The notes beneath the pieces were generated by a model, which saw only the letters and a list, made by a program, of their open reading frames with translations, had not been told where the DNA came from and made no database searches. The translations under genes and the position numbers were made by a program. A DNA stretch of 61,848 nt, counting the filler, from Sphacelaria rigidula (Eukaryota), in the NCBI GenBank assembly GCA_964200075.2. It is 9 parts of 9 records of this genome, joined end to end, with 100 filler letters (N's around TTAATTAATTAA, not from the genome) between each part and the next. Parts side by side here need not be neighbours in the genome. Positions count along the whole stretch, not along the records: positions 13,768 to 20,550 come from CAXNAA020018104.1; positions 20,651 to 27,433 come from CAXNAA020018105.1; 7 more parts are not named here. One strand, 5' to 3'. This document shows, in pieces, positions 13,895 through 27,400 of the stretch; position 1 is the first letter of the stretch; every line of letters begins with the position of its first letter.

Positions 13895-14494
13895 ACAACA
13901 GCACAATCCACGAGTCACTGCTATCCACAGCCGAGTACAGACACCAGCGCACCCCATGGCTGCCTCAGCTTCTGCATCCATGCTAATCTGGGACAGTGAA
14001 AAACAGCTGGGCTGCGAAATGGGGTGGTGAACGATTTGTGGACGATATCTTGGGGTGGAAAGTGGCCAAATTGGTCGATGGTCACTGCCCTTCCTGCTTC
14101 CTGCAGACTTGAAGCTCGACTTACAGTCTTCCTGGAAACACGAATGGTTGTTCTAGGAAGATGTTGCCCTCTATCCTGAAAACTAACAAAATCAACCTAT
14201 CCCTACCGTCCCCTGCACACCCCTGGACCAGCGCTTCAGATAGCTGTTGCACTGTACTGTTGCGGCATGGCGCAATGCCGCATTTTTTTTTCTTCTAGCG
14301 CATATATCTTCGCCGCAGACCAAAACACGGGATACAGTACGTTGTTTCTCGTCGAAGGCGACCTTTGTATCGGGGGATCTTGGACTACTGAGAAAATAAC
14401 TTTGAGAAGAGGTCAAATTATAGCTATATCTGGTGAAAACTGTGTGAGAATCCCCCCAAAACACAAACACTGGTGGTGCTCTTGAGGCCTTCCC

Positions 14495-14768
14495 GGGGGG
14501 GGGGGGGGGGTAAAACGCCGCCGCAACACTCTGCGGGCTATCTATACTGCTGCCCTGGACTCTCAGGCGGTGATATTGCTCCGAGACGAGGCTCGCAGTC
14601 GCAGGGTTTACCTTTCCCATTCCTCTAATTATTCACATGACAAAAACCGACTCTTCTCTCATGAAATACCGTACCGTATCTGTCTGTCGGGTTTCGAACT
14701 CGCGACTTTTCGCGTTGACTGGCTCCCGGTATACTAGGTACTGCTGTGTACCCATGGTTCACCGGGGC
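14495..14768 (-). mobile_element. Candidate tRNA-derived SINE ending in a C-run
   Basis: Minus strand starts GCCCCGGTG; B-box-like AGTTCGAAACC; ends TTTTA(C)16; A-box is weak. Confidence 0.4.
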
Positions 14769-17248
14769 ATAGCTACACGATGGATTGGGTGACTCACGAT
14801 CGTATCAACAGTTGGATAACGAAGAGTTTGGGATGTTCACTGTCATGATGTGTGAGAGCAGCGGTATCAAAAAGTGATGAACGAAGTGGTGCATTGGCAT
14901 ATGTGGTAGATTCCCATAAACTGCTAAATACGCCATCGAATGAGGAAACCTTTGGATCTTCGACCGCCAGTGTGGGGAACCCTGGTGCCCATTGGACATG
15001 CCACGTCAAGGGGCGGGTCATTCGAATCTTGCATACAATTTTCAAGAAAAAAGTATGCTGACACAACACATGGCTGACCCTTGCGGTGAAGGGTTCAGCC
15101 GATCCGGGACGAATCCTGCCGTGGTTTCGATGACGGTTTCCGACGAAACAATCTGACGTTGTAGAAAAATCTACAAGAATGGAGAATAAGAATAGTTCAG
15201 GGCGGTAATCTGAGAGTCAGTCCGTCGGTGTCGGGCTGTGTATACTAAGCAGCCCGTTTACCCCGCGCTGAGCGGTGGAAGCAGTGGGAAGTTAGCGTGT
15301 GTACCCGGACTTCAACGACGTCAGTCGGCGTTAGTGCCGTGTGTACAGTAATACTCGACAGTGCAACTACTACTGTTGAATGAACATGAACGCGTGGAAG
15401 CAGACCTACCGGGGTTCATGTCCATCTCGACCCGGGTATTGACATCCTCTCTTGCCAATACTACTGGCTGTAGCTATTTGTATTTGACTGTGGTGAAAGA
15501 GCCCATTCAGTGCATCATACCTACCGGCTCTACTGCACTGGGAGACGGTTCGTGGGGAATAGATACGGGAAACGCGCGCAGACTTCGTGACGAGGTGCTC
15601 GTGCATATGTTAACACACAGCTTGCCAAAATGAAAAGAGGACAAATAGCGCAGGCATGTAAGTTGCGACTGAACTTGTACGGTACAAACATGGCTGTCTG
15701 TTCCGTCGTGTACTGACTGTCTGTCATGCTAGTTGTACGGAACAGACAGCCTTCCAGAGCCGTTTCCAAAACCAACAGTCACCGACAGTGGCAACACTTC
15801 TTAGTTGTGGTTCACGTGTACACTATAGAAGTAGAGTACATACAGAGAGCACATATATTTTGTACTGGACGGTCCATTTACTTGGTGTTTCTGCCCGCTG
15901 TTTCACTCGCACCCCCGCACCCCCGCAACCCACGGCCTGGATTGTGTAGGTAGTTCTTGGATTGAAAAATAGCCGGGACAGTGTGAGTAACTCACAGGGT
16001 GCTTGAACACAACACACAGACTGTAAACTATTGTCAAACCGGCACTTATGCGCAGCAACCGAGGCAGCGCTGACGAAAATCTCAGCTATTTCTCACGCTG
16101 AAGAAACTGCATTTCTCATATCGCCCATCAAACAGGAATTAATATGCCGTGATTCGTGGAACGTGTTGTGGGGTTGGCATGCGGACAACATCGTCCTTTT
16201 CCATCGCCAGCGTTTGTTCATCATGGTAGTGGGTGTTACTATCGTTCGAACAATCACACCCACCGCTGTTTTTCAGGGGGGGGGGGGACGTCGAGAGCGT
16301 GGTCAGTCCTGAGCTAGTTGCTACCGTCATGCGCCCGACGCCGTGAGTCTCTTTTAGTTGCGGCGTCGTCTGTAGTAGTTGTGATCTGGATAAACTAGTG
16401 CACCAGTGGTGTGCTTCCTAAAGTACTATTCTTGTAAACCATACTGTCGTGTACTCGAGTGGACAGCTCTCTACAACTGAGAACTGGCCGTTCGTCCGGA
16501 TCCAAAGTAGATGCGATCTGGACGAAGTGGTGCACGTGTGGTTTGTTTTCTTGTATTCCACTGTACTGTACTATAGTCAGCTGACTGTCTCTTACTTGAG
16601 TTAATTCTCTCAGCACATGAGAAACTGAGACATGAACAAGGGCAGCAGGGTAACAATACTATGGGAATAAGTAAGTCCACACGCAACAGAAGGAAGTGAT
16701 GCACGGGGAACGCCTCAACGCGCTGCCTGCTCTGTCTGCGCTGACAAGTGCCAGTGGTAGCAGGTACAATAATCAGATGGGCCAGCCCACACGACGCCAA
16801 TTTGAACGGTCGCACATTTCACCGCGAATCAGAGTACAAACAGACTTGAACACGCGTGCAGCAGCCCCCGATCACAATGCTGATGATCACCAATGCTGAC
16901 GATCAGAAAGTATCATGCGCCATAAAAAAGTGCGGAATAGAAATGGGAAACACAGGATACATTAAAATAGCTACTGTCTTCATAGCTCTACAAGGCAAAC
17001 CCGTTCCCTCAGCATATCAAATATGTATGTGACAACCGTTCATGTGTTTCTCCATCATACAGTACTGTCTGTGTCGTGTACTCTGTTGCATAAAACCCTT
17101 TTCGAAAACCAGGGGGGTATCTTGTGCCTGTACACAAACCACATGGCATCGATCATAGATATACGGTATACATAATCGAAAGGTTTGACTATAAATGAGT
17201 CTTATATTAATGATCACAGCACATATTCGCCCCCAACAAATCCCACAC

Positions 17249-17658
17249 CTGACATTCCGACGGCTGCGCCTCTGCAACGCTCTCTCCTTCAGCCCCGCAA
17301 TCTGCCGATCCAACGCTGTTACCCACCGCTCCCTGTCCTCGGCTGTGTCCGCATAAACCATGAGTGCTTTTGCGTTCGTGATCACCTGGAATGCGTGTAC
17401 TCTCGTGGGCAAATTGGTTACCCTTGACTCCGCGATCAGCACCATCCGCCCGCGCGGCCTCAAGTCGCCTTGTTTGCTCAAATACGTGATCACATGGTCT
17501 TCCAAAGTAAACCATCGCCGCTTCCAGCTCACCCCCCCTTTCTTTGTCAAGAACCCCTCGAGTCGCGTGCTAGAGCTTCCTTCCCGGACGGTAGCAGAAA
17601 GTTCTTCGGTAGCTGCTGGAGCTGGGGAGCCTCCGGAAGTGCGGCTGGCAATGGACAT
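17249..17658 (-). CDS. PH-domain protein, first coding exon
   Basis: LEGFLTKKGGVSWKRRWFTL..ITY....PRG..L...HAFQV.....VYADTAEDRERWVTAL; in-frame stop upstream of the ATG at 17658; AG|gtgtgg donor. Confidence 0.9.
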
Positions 17659-18897
17659 AGTAGTCGTCAAAGTCCTTCCGTTGTGATGCTCTGCCCTTTG
17701 CTCCTGTTTTTCTTCTCACCACTGCTTGATTTTTGCGAAACCTCGTACCTCGCCACTCTTAATCAGAGAGGCGGCAGAGTACGATAGATACTAGTGCACT
17801 AGCTGTACTGTTGTACTACACTACAGCACTCTACAGTCCTATTCTGTACCAAGACAACTGTGCTCTCGGTACATCGAAGTGGGTGGGGAAGTGTGTTGAC
17901 TTTCTCCCCGGAACGATATGTACAGCACACACTACACCAGCAAAGTATAGACAGGGTCCCGCTTTCTGTTGGGTTTGCTTTCCCACCGCGAAATAACAGC
18001 CGGTTTACGGCGACTCACTACACAGCTTGAAGTGCTACGCGGACTGGCCAGTCACTAATGTGCGGACAGTTATATGTACTGTACTGTACTTGCCGTGTAC
18101 CAACCGTGGCGTAAACGCGGTTTTACTACTGTGTGGGCGGTAATATGTGTTACTGTTTGTCTCTTGTATGTTCTCATTGTTGAAAAAAAAGGTACTGAAA
18201 CGGCTTGGTAATAACGGTCATGTTCTGTTTGATAGCGAAAAATGCGGCTCAATCGTAGGGTTCGCCTTTCGCGGATACGGCACAACAGGCACAAGCAAGT
18301 TAAGCACCGATACATGTCCATTTCCATCAAAGTCGCGAATACAAGATTAGGGGTACATACAAGGGTAGTGAAACGAAATAGGGCCCAAATCATCACCTCG
18401 TGGGAGAGGATTTACCGTCACGAGCGAGGGGTGATTCGTGACTCGGCTTTGGAAGGCCTAATCGATTCCACAATTTCAATTTCATCCTGCAAGTCGTTAT
18501 AATAGTGGGATCCACACCCAAACGAGACGATCGTCGTGTGAACAGAAGCAAGTTCAGTGCTCATCATACATGTTCATTCCCATCATAGTTGCCACCATAG
18601 AGTGAGGGATAGATACAAGAGTATTGAAACGAACCAGGGCGCAAATCATCGGCTCACGGGGGAGAAGTTGCCGTCACGAGCAAGGGGTGATTCGTGACCT
18701 TCGCGCTTTGACGCGTGTTCCGCCTGATTTATAATCACGTTGTTTACCACCCCTTCGAGAACAAGACATGGTGTGAGCAGCAGACTCGATGGAGCACGTA
18801 ATCACGATCATACGGGCATGAACGCATATAAAATATCGATAAACATACCTTCTAAGAATCCCGACTCAATTTAAGGGTCATAAGTTTCAACAAAAAC

Positions 18898-19595
18898 AAG
18901 TCGTGCCGCGACAGTGGGGGGGGGGGTACTTCGGGCCATTTCTTCCACTAACTTCCACTTCAAATCGTCATCGAAAGCAATGGCGGTTGTTCGAACGTGC
19001 TTGATACCGGTAAGTAACACTCATTCATCCCGCTGGACATCATCCTGACCTAAATACGAGTGCACGGCGAGTGTGTTAGGCCGTCTGAAACACAAACGAA
19101 CAGACTGTCTTCGAAATGAGATTGTAGATTAAAATTTGTTTCAACTCCGAAACAGTGTTTTGACTTACCTGAAGTCATGGCAAATAACTTTCATATGCAC
19201 GAACCCGTGCTCCCCGACCTCTCTGGATTTTCTTTCTTGACGGGTGTCCCGCCTTCCGTTCCTCCGCCAAAGAGTATGCGCGGAAGCATGAATTTTGGGC
19301 TAAAAGCAAGCGTCCTTTTTTTCATCCCGAAATCGAGGCAAAGAGGTGCTATCTATCGCCCATATTCTTCGGGGGAATGGAACGAGAGATCCGCAGGGAA
19401 AGTAGTTTCAGGGAGGTCGGGGGGCATGGGGTCATCATGCACATGAGAGTCACTTGTCACGACTTCAAGTCAGGGAAAGCACCACTTCGAGTTAGAACTC
19501 ATGTCAATGTTTAATCTGATCTTCGAAGAAAATCTCGACATGAACGCTTTTTCCGTGGAATCAAACACCCCCCCCGTCGTATCGTAGCATGACTC
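18898..19595. mobile_element. Degenerate Sola-like non-autonomous element (~700 bp)
   Basis: Left AAGTCGTGCCGCGACAG plus G-run; right C-run plus ATCGTAGCATGACTC; flanks AAAC/AAAA. Confidence 0.45.
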
Positions 19596-21588
19596 AAAAC
19601 ATGACGCGCAAAGCAGTTGTTCACCTCAGGACCTACGTATCCCCTACGATATTGCACTAGACCGCAAGTTCCGTCCTTCCGATATTCTTCAGCAGCAAAC
19701 TTCTATATCTACCGACTATTCAGATCCCTTCTTTTCCAGCTATGCTAGCTCGAAGATGCATGTCTTCAACCCCCCCCCGCGGGATTCACATCTCCTCCTC
19801 TCGACATTTCTTCACCGACGAAATCTGCCCTGCCTTCCGTAGAAACGGATGTTCGGAAGCAGCACAGATTTTTCACCGCGTTTGTCGGGCATGGGCTTGA
19901 CCCCCCACTGTCTACGATATCAGGAGGAGATACCACATGACCCCGCCCTTCAGCCTGCACGGGCTCCCACCAGATAGAGCTGCAGCTTTTCCGTACCATA
20001 CCGCTTCTCTCTATAATCCACTTCCAACCCCCTTTGCTCTGCACTACGCTCGCTCGAAGATTGACGGCTCAACTGCCGCCCGCGGGAGTCACTTCTCCTC
20101 CTCTCGAGATCTTCTCAGCAACGGAATCTGCACCACTTTCCGTAGAAGCGCCTGCTTGAAAACAGCGCATAGTCGGGCGCGAGGTGGTATTGTCAAGTCG
20201 TCCATGTTACCCAATATAGTTCTCTCAAAATATGGTACGAAGGATGTGTGTTCAGAAGGGCAGGAAACCTGAGGGAGAAAAAAATACGCTTCTCTTCAAA
20301 TGTTGCCGTGGTGAAGAAATGAAATGCGATCTGACGAACGAGAGGGTTTGCAAAGCGTTGACCAACCCAACGACCTGGCGATGTACATCTTGCATATAGT
20401 AGCCCGGCGAAATTACACTTGAGGATATTGTACGCGGCTCCAAAGTGTCGACGTCCTATGCTCCAAGCTTTGATTCGGTACTTTCGTCACGTACGTATGG
20501 CAGGAGGGGAGGGGGGGGGGGGGGCGTACTCATTTGTTGCTTGCCTAGATNNNNNNNNNNNNNNNNNNNNNNNNNNNNNNNNNNNNNNNNNNNNTTAATT
20601 AATTAANNNNNNNNNNNNNNNNNNNNNNNNNNNNNNNNNNNNNNNNNNNNTCAAGAAAAGAAAAAAAAAAATATACACAATCAGACGGATTGCGGAGGGG
20701 GGGGGGGGGGGGGGGGGGGGAATAGCCTACGTCAGCTGGTGCTCGCAAATTCGGTATCCAAATTCACACTACCACGTGATAGTATTCATAGTGTTCAACC
20801 AAACCAGAAGTGATTCTGCGCAACTTTACGAAAATGTGTGGGAGTAAAATCGCATATTGGGGTCGAGAAAGGGGCGGAGGGCTTCGAAGAGGCGAGCGAC
20901 GCGAAGACCTGCACCAAGCGGACCTGCGCCACAAGAAAGAGACTGTTGCGTTGAGAGTCGTCAACAGGAGCCATCATCGCTGACACAAGAACAGCAGCAA
21001 CAGCTCGCGACGAATCCAGGATGGACATGATCGAGACAGTGACTGGCGTTGAACCCGACTACGGAGGCGCACGAGAGGCGGGGGTAGCTGGTGCACCTCT
21101 GCCTTATCTTACCGGTTATTGACGCTCTGCCCTGGCTTGTTACCTTAGCAAGGTTTCCAGTCGTGTTCGTACATATGTTCAGCATGCTGTTAGTGCTCAT
21201 AATCATTTCCCTTTTGTTCCGCTGGTGATGTTATTATTATGTTTTTTTTCCTTTGATCAAGGTCTATCCTCTCGGATTCTTATCCTCCCTTTCTTTCCCT
21301 TCACTTTCCCTTTCACCCCTGATTTGGTCGTCTCTCGTTTCCACTCCCTTTACTCCGTTTGTTCAGTCCCCCTTTTTCCTTTCTTCAAGTTTCCCTTAGC
21401 GATCGTTTCCTTTTTGGTTACCTCGGCTATGTCTATCTTGTGACCGCGCCTGGATCCCTCGGGGATTTGTTACGTTAGTGCGACAGTTGCTCAATCAATC
21501 GGATCAATCCATCAATCAATCAATCCGAGTAGATCAACCGAAAAGGTAAACAGCTAAGAACGGTCATCACTACCCCGCGACAACGCAC

Positions 21589-21769
21589 CTTGGCAAGGTT
21601 GAAATGTCGTTTTCTAGGACCCCCCATTGCCGAACCGCCTGACCTTCGTGCAAAGACAGATGGATCGCTACAAGTAAGGCGCCACACACAAAGGCTGCAA
21701 GCAGTCTCATCGCAGATGCTGGTTCATGATGTTCCCAACAACCCCTCGTTGCTGGCCTGCTGTGGGCCA
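21589..21769 (-). CDS. TMTC: TMTC-like protein exon (TM helix leading towards the DUF1736 region)
   Basis: Phase-1 acceptor matches the phase-1 GTGAGT donor after 22320; hydrophobic helix followed by W..LEN; AAG|gtgcgt donor. Confidence 0.7.
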
Positions 21770-22319
21770 CTGATCATGGTAGTTGCGCGGTAGCGGTCAG
21801 TTGTTTGCGAAGGGTTGGGGGGAAGGGCGGACTGGTCAAGGGCACAAAAAGGCCTATCGAGGGCTCAAGAAGAGAGCGCAAATAAATTAATCAGAAGGGT
21901 GAAATAATGCAAAATGGAGATGAATTTCTGCTACGAAGGTGTTACAGACAAGTACTGCTATTGGAGTTGTACCGGTTTCGAAATAGGGTATTCAGAATCG
22001 GAGTCAACACAGTAACGGCATTTCGCGTGTCGTAACCCCTGTACCGCATTGATTCCTATCGTTGTGGGTTGAATGTTGGGATGTGTGCTGTAGCCATGTC
22101 GTGTACACAATGTTCTCGCAACTGTCTATGCCCGTCGCATGCGCTACTTGTGGCACCATGCTCATCACTTCAAACGCACGAAGTGACGAGTTATTAAGGA
22201 CGGGGATGGTGGGCATACGACGTGATGAAGTTAAGATTATGATCCTTCGCCCTATCTGTTCGGTCCCGGAGACATTAGTGAGATTGCAGGTCATGAACAC
22301 CTGGTAGACACTGACTCAC

Positions 22320-22911
22320 CAGTCCAATCCGGCGATGTAGCTGGTGACACCGGCACTCGTCGCATTTCCAAGAACAGAACAAGTTCCGCTCCACCGATCA
22401 ACAAAAAAATAGTAGCTCCAACTTCCTTGCATAGCGTAGCGGCGGCGGCCAACAAAAGTGTCACGACGAAGCAAGACACAGAGGCGCCGCTGAACGATCT
22501 GCTGCGAAGTTGTGGTCTTTTCGTGCAGGTTCGCACAACACTCACGCCATTGCCTCGTGGGGTGTTCGATCCATTTTTTTGCGGGCTGTGTTTCCGTCGT
22601 TTAGAACTGACTGCCGTTGCCCCGTCTCGCGATCTACTCGAACACGTGTCGAAGGCTGGGCTTTCCCCCGTGTTTAAACGCGCCGCATCCATTGCGTGGT
22701 TCTGCAACAGTCTTTCCTCTGCCGTGGTCTCATGTCGTCGCCCTTGTTTGCCGAATCGTATGTGATCATCGCAAACGGCGACGTCTCCCTGCCATCGTCT
22801 ATTCCGGGCATTTTGTGCTCTGCTGTTCACCCCAGCCACCGTGAGGGACAGTGCCACTACCGCCAGGAAGCCGCATAGAAGATCGGCCCTGCCTACAACC
22901 GGGGCCACCGC
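22320..22911 (-). CDS. TMTC: TMTC-like protein exon (AVAPVVGRADLLC ... CKEVG)
   Basis: TMTC motifs VGRADLL and KExG; tag acceptor and gtgagt donor. Confidence 0.88.
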
Positions 22912-23200
22912 CTATCCGACACATATAAAACAGGATGAAAGTCGTCCGATCGCGACAGCGTCAGGTGGGACGATCCGCGTTGCACTCCTATCAACGAAGA
23001 AGAGGTACTGGCTTGTGTGTGGCGGGAAATGTAACTGATGCAACGTTTGATTTTCCCGCGTGGTTCCAGCCGCAAATGATGTGTCAAGGGGAAATAATAA
23101 GGGAGACAGGAGAACATCAAGTTCACAGACCTTGAAACGCGGGCTGGTGGCGATGTCCCTACACACATTTTGGGCTCAAACGATCCGATACCTCCCTCAC

Positions 23201-23262
23201 CTCCACATGCACAGGGTGTACGGTGAACAGAATCGAGGCCGCTAGTGCTGGAAGCTCCTCCC
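23201..23262 (-). CDS. TMTC: TMTC-like protein exon (ALAASILFTVHPVHVE); not in the ORF track
   Basis: LFxxHPxHxE motif; phase-1 acceptor matches the previous donor; GAG|gtgagg donor. Confidence 0.9.
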
Positions 23263-23851
23263 CTGCTCACGATCAGGTCAAGATGATAATGATAAGTGTC
23301 GGCCATGGAGTTCCGATACAATACCTCCGAGTCATGACACGGTAGGGGCTGCACGTTCAGGTCCACGTGTTTTCCATTGATGGGTCCAAAACAATTGGGA
23401 GCTACACAAGAATATGGGTCAGGATATTCCCGTTTCATTCGTGGGAGATAATCCATACCCCACTGGGATGCTAATCGTCGCTTGCTGCTACATATTTCAT
23501 AGGTCATTTTTTCGATGAGGTCAAGGGCTTACTAACAAAATCAAGCCTGAGAAGTGTTTCGTGCATCCCTTTCATGGCACCGTTCCCTTGTTGTGTAGTT
23601 TTTCACGATCATATCCTTTGCTCGTCACATTGAGAGCAGACCACCGTATGCACCGCCGGCTTCAATTTCTGTTCGCTGTTATATACCATCTGAAATCTAT
23701 ATTTGTACGAACGATCATCCGGTGATGATGTCGATGACACACGTTTTGATGGTACCCCCCTCGATCTACGGCCTTGGGGGACGTTGACTGTATCCCTTAA
23801 ACATCGCCTATATTAACGTACATAGTACACAGCAGGAAGGGGCAGGCTTAC

Positions 23852-24024
23852 CTCGGAAAATGTTGCGAAACAGGTGCAAAGAAAGTGCGCATGTCGCGGA
23901 GTGTAGCACGACGTTAACAAGATGAAAAGCGCTTGGATCGCTGGATGCAGCCCTCCCCGCCACTCCCAGGACTGACTCCTTCTCGTCGCGTCGCGTAGAC
24001 CACTTCTCGAACTCGTTGTTTAAT
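23852..24024 (-). CDS. TMTC: TMTC-like protein exon (RLN...FHLVNVVLH)
   Basis: FHLVNVVLH motif; cag acceptor and gtaagc donor; phases consistent. Confidence 0.9.
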
Positions 24025-24282
24025 CTGGGATCAGGCGTAGGGACCAACAACCGGGTTGGCTCCGATAATCGAGTGCAGGGTGAAGTTGACGGTTCCGTAA
24101 GATCGCTAATTCAGTAGTGTGCATTTTTCTCGAAATGGTATGTAGTGCCTCGTCGCCACACAGACGTTATCCTCGACCTAGCTACCGCAGCCACCATAAC
24201 GACAGCGTCAATATCGCACAAGTGTAGGATAAGAGAAAATTATAGCACATGTCTCTTTGATCCACCCCCCGCCAACACGAAC

Positions 24283-24410
24283 CTGTATGTCACAGTTGTC
24301 AGTGGACGAAAACTCTTGTGGCTTTCGGGGTCCGATAGCCGCTGTCCCCAGAAGTCGTGGTGCCATATACCGCCCCATGGCGACCCTACCCAGACGTCGC
24401 GATTGTCGAC
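24283..24410 (-). CDS. TMTC: TMTC-like protein O-mannosyltransferase exon (DFWG...SHKSFRPLT)
   Basis: Hallmark N.DV...DFWG.......SHKS(Y/F)RPL motif; ag/gt boundaries; the upstream DD exon was not found. Confidence 0.93.
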
Positions 24411-27400
24411 CTGCAAAAGAACCAACGTGAGCATGGTTCCGGGCTCATCGAGGAGGGAAAATGTCAACTGTCGGTTGATGAAGGAGCATCGCTGGCGTTT
24501 CTAGTTTTTTGCGTGATGCTGTCGAATGGTGGGTAGCAGCTGAATACGCAACAATCGATGATGAGTAGACGTTACTTACTTGTTGGTAATAAAGTTTACG
24601 AGGTTCTTTGATTCGTACGCTTTGCTGCGTGAGAATTCGACGCGTGTCTTCTCGGCATGCTTCTGCAAAAGTTGGAGATGTAGGCCCATCTCAGCGTTCA
24701 CTCATCATTATTACACTCATGAATAGAATACCTTCGCAAGGAGAAGAGCAGAAATGGCATTTGTCTTCTTTGCCATTCATAGCGCGATTTGCTTCGAATT
24801 CTGGAGCCACCACAGTACAGGATTGATGTGCACCAGTACCTGTGAAGCCTGTCGGTGTTAATGTAAGCTGGGCCGGCCGGCAAAAAAAACGGGGATGTAC
24901 CAAAATCGCCGCGACCGATCACTCCCAGAGTTGCGACATGATTATTTGACACATGCTTCGTGAGAAACTCGCCGACACATTCGAAGCCTGGCCTTGTTTG
25001 TCTTCTTCGCCGGCTTAACTTCGATTTCCATGAAATGATAAAAAAAAAAAGGGCTAGTCGTATATCCGCGACAACGAATGATAAACCGGTTAGGCTTGAA
25101 GCGTGTCGGCGAGCTCCTTGCAAACCGCTCGTCGAAATTTTAGGTCTCAAGTCGAAAACCCAAGCGCAGCGATAACTGCAGATATGTGTCATAGATCGAT
25201 CCGCACACAAACCCACGTTTATACTGTACAATATATGGTGCCGGCCATGGTTCTCGGACAACAATGAATCACAGAATGACAACTTCAACCCTGCCCCTTC
25301 CATTTCGGGATTTCCACTCTCAGAACGTTTGGGCAAAAAATAAAATAGTTTTATTTTTCGAGGGTGTCCGTAAATTGAAATCAACACTCCAAGGCCTCGA
25401 AAGTTGAAGCTTTGCAGGGTGGGGGGTTACGCGGGGGGGGAGGGGACGAGGAGTTCAGGTGGAAGCGATATATCTAGCGAATATCGCGCCCTCATGAGAG
25501 TCTGCAGTTATTCTCCAGCGAGTAGCTGGACATCACCACCACCACCCCTCGCCTCAAAACCTCTAGTTCTTGGAGATGGGGGTGTCCGAGCGTGCCAGTT
25601 CGTCTTGCGGAAGCTGATCCATTTGAGGGCGAGGCGGCTAATCAAAAAGTCTCGTCAGCAGCATCGGAAGAAAGACAGCCTGCCGCGTGTCTAGCGAAGC
25701 AGCTCTTCGGAGACCACAATAGTTGGACAGCATCTGATCCATGAGCTTGACAGCAGCGACGCTCAAACAAACGGTTATGCCAGATAAGTCGGCTCTTGAT
25801 TCGATGCGATTCATTCATCTGTACGCTGCATACTGCACGATTTGTTACTAATCCGCAGACCCCGGGTCACGCTACGCTCGATCCTCAACGAATCGTTCTT
25901 GATTCGTTGAACTTTTCGAAAGGAAGGTTCAATCAAAACTCCTGGAGGGTGGTTTTTGTCGTCCCAATCTAGAAGCACCCTTGGCTCAAGGTAGCTGATG
26001 TCACGCCACGGAAGCAGAGGGTGTGCGGTACTGCGGAAAGATACGCAAGAAACACAGCCATCGAATGGTAAATAATCTAGTGCACTTCTTCTATGTTCAC
26101 TGATTCTTGAAAGTAACGTATCGACGCCACGAACACGTCTGGCATAGCCGATCAAATATAGACACGGTTGGGAATTCGGCCGTCGAATAAAAAAAGTCCG
26201 ACCCAAGCCAAAAGAAGATACGGTGAGTAACACGCAATCCCATCAAAAGGAGATCGAGTCCGCACAACAATATTGTTTTACCTCGAAAAAGGGCCAGGTC
26301 AGAGCAACATGCCAACGACCGCAAGTTGGGTTCAAGCGTGAAAATGCGAGCTAGTGCACCACACCAACGACTCCAGGATGGACCGCACCAAAAATAGATC
26401 AAGCAAATACAGTACACCAGCGATCACTAAGAATAGATCACGCTAGAGGTATACCCCAAAAGATGCCACAAATGGATCATATCTTAAACAGATCAATCCT
26501 GTACAGCACACCGACGATCAAAAGATGGGGAATTCCAGAAGTAGATTAACTCAGTGAAGTATACGGATGATCAGTAAAAACAAATGCTTTCTATGTAGGC
26601 AGCCCTCTCTTACTAGCAATTTCCTTCCCATCATCAGCTCCCTCCTAGTTCCAGCACCGAGACGTTACCAAGCGGTCTTAGCGCCTTCCGCAACCCACGG
26701 AGTCAAACAGCCAAATTTCTTTCAAGCAGACGGATACGAAAGAAGGGCATTAGCCAATGACACTGTGCATTTTCTAGCCGCTCCTCCCAAGTTTTAATAC
26801 CCCTACTGTATCAGCAGCCGTTAGCACTAGTACATGACCAAGGCACCTAGCACCACCCGCCTACGTCTCACAAAGGGCGCAGCCCTTCACGGCCACTTCG
26901 TTCAGAGGGGGGGAAATATTCGTGGAGGACGAGAAGCGGAATGATAACGAGAGGTTCCCCTCTACAACTCGTTTCAGTGGCGAGCCAGGCAGCATCATCA
27001 ATCAAACCCTAGCCTGGCTTGAGATGCACCACATGAAATGAGGCCGCTTGAGATGGCGCTGGTTGCTATCAACCACGGGAAAAGGAACGCAGTGCCCTGT
27101 ACCTGCTTTTCCTGAATAAGGACCTATATCACGTCAACCGGACGACCTTCACGCGTATCAAGTGGCGATGAGCGGACCTAATGCCGCTAGCGGTCGACGC
27201 CAAATGTTACTTGGTACCCAAATAACCCGAGATGACGACACCGAATCCGCCACGTTAACGCAAGAGGCATACGCGAATCGATACTCAAAACATACGGCGT
27301 AGGAAATGCACAGTGACAGAAAACGACAGCTGAAAAGCATTATCACCATACTCGAACAGGGTGTAACAACAAATTGTGCGAATTAAGGTTTAACTCCGAG

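Noticed and set aside
13716-14030. Poly-Cys, poly-Val, poly-Asn and poly-Thr ORFs
   Set aside because: They are translations of a (CAA)n microsatellite
14125-14175. Possible second exon of the PH gene (IEGNIFLEQPFVFPGR)
   Set aside because: Splice sites and phase are compatible, but there is no homology support; too speculative to call
15120-15155. Hammerhead-like TCGATGA-CGG-TTT-CCG-ACGAAAC in a hairpin-rich segment
   Set aside because: The core lacks CTGATGA and no stem I or cleavage triplet could be built; more likely part of an interspersed repeat
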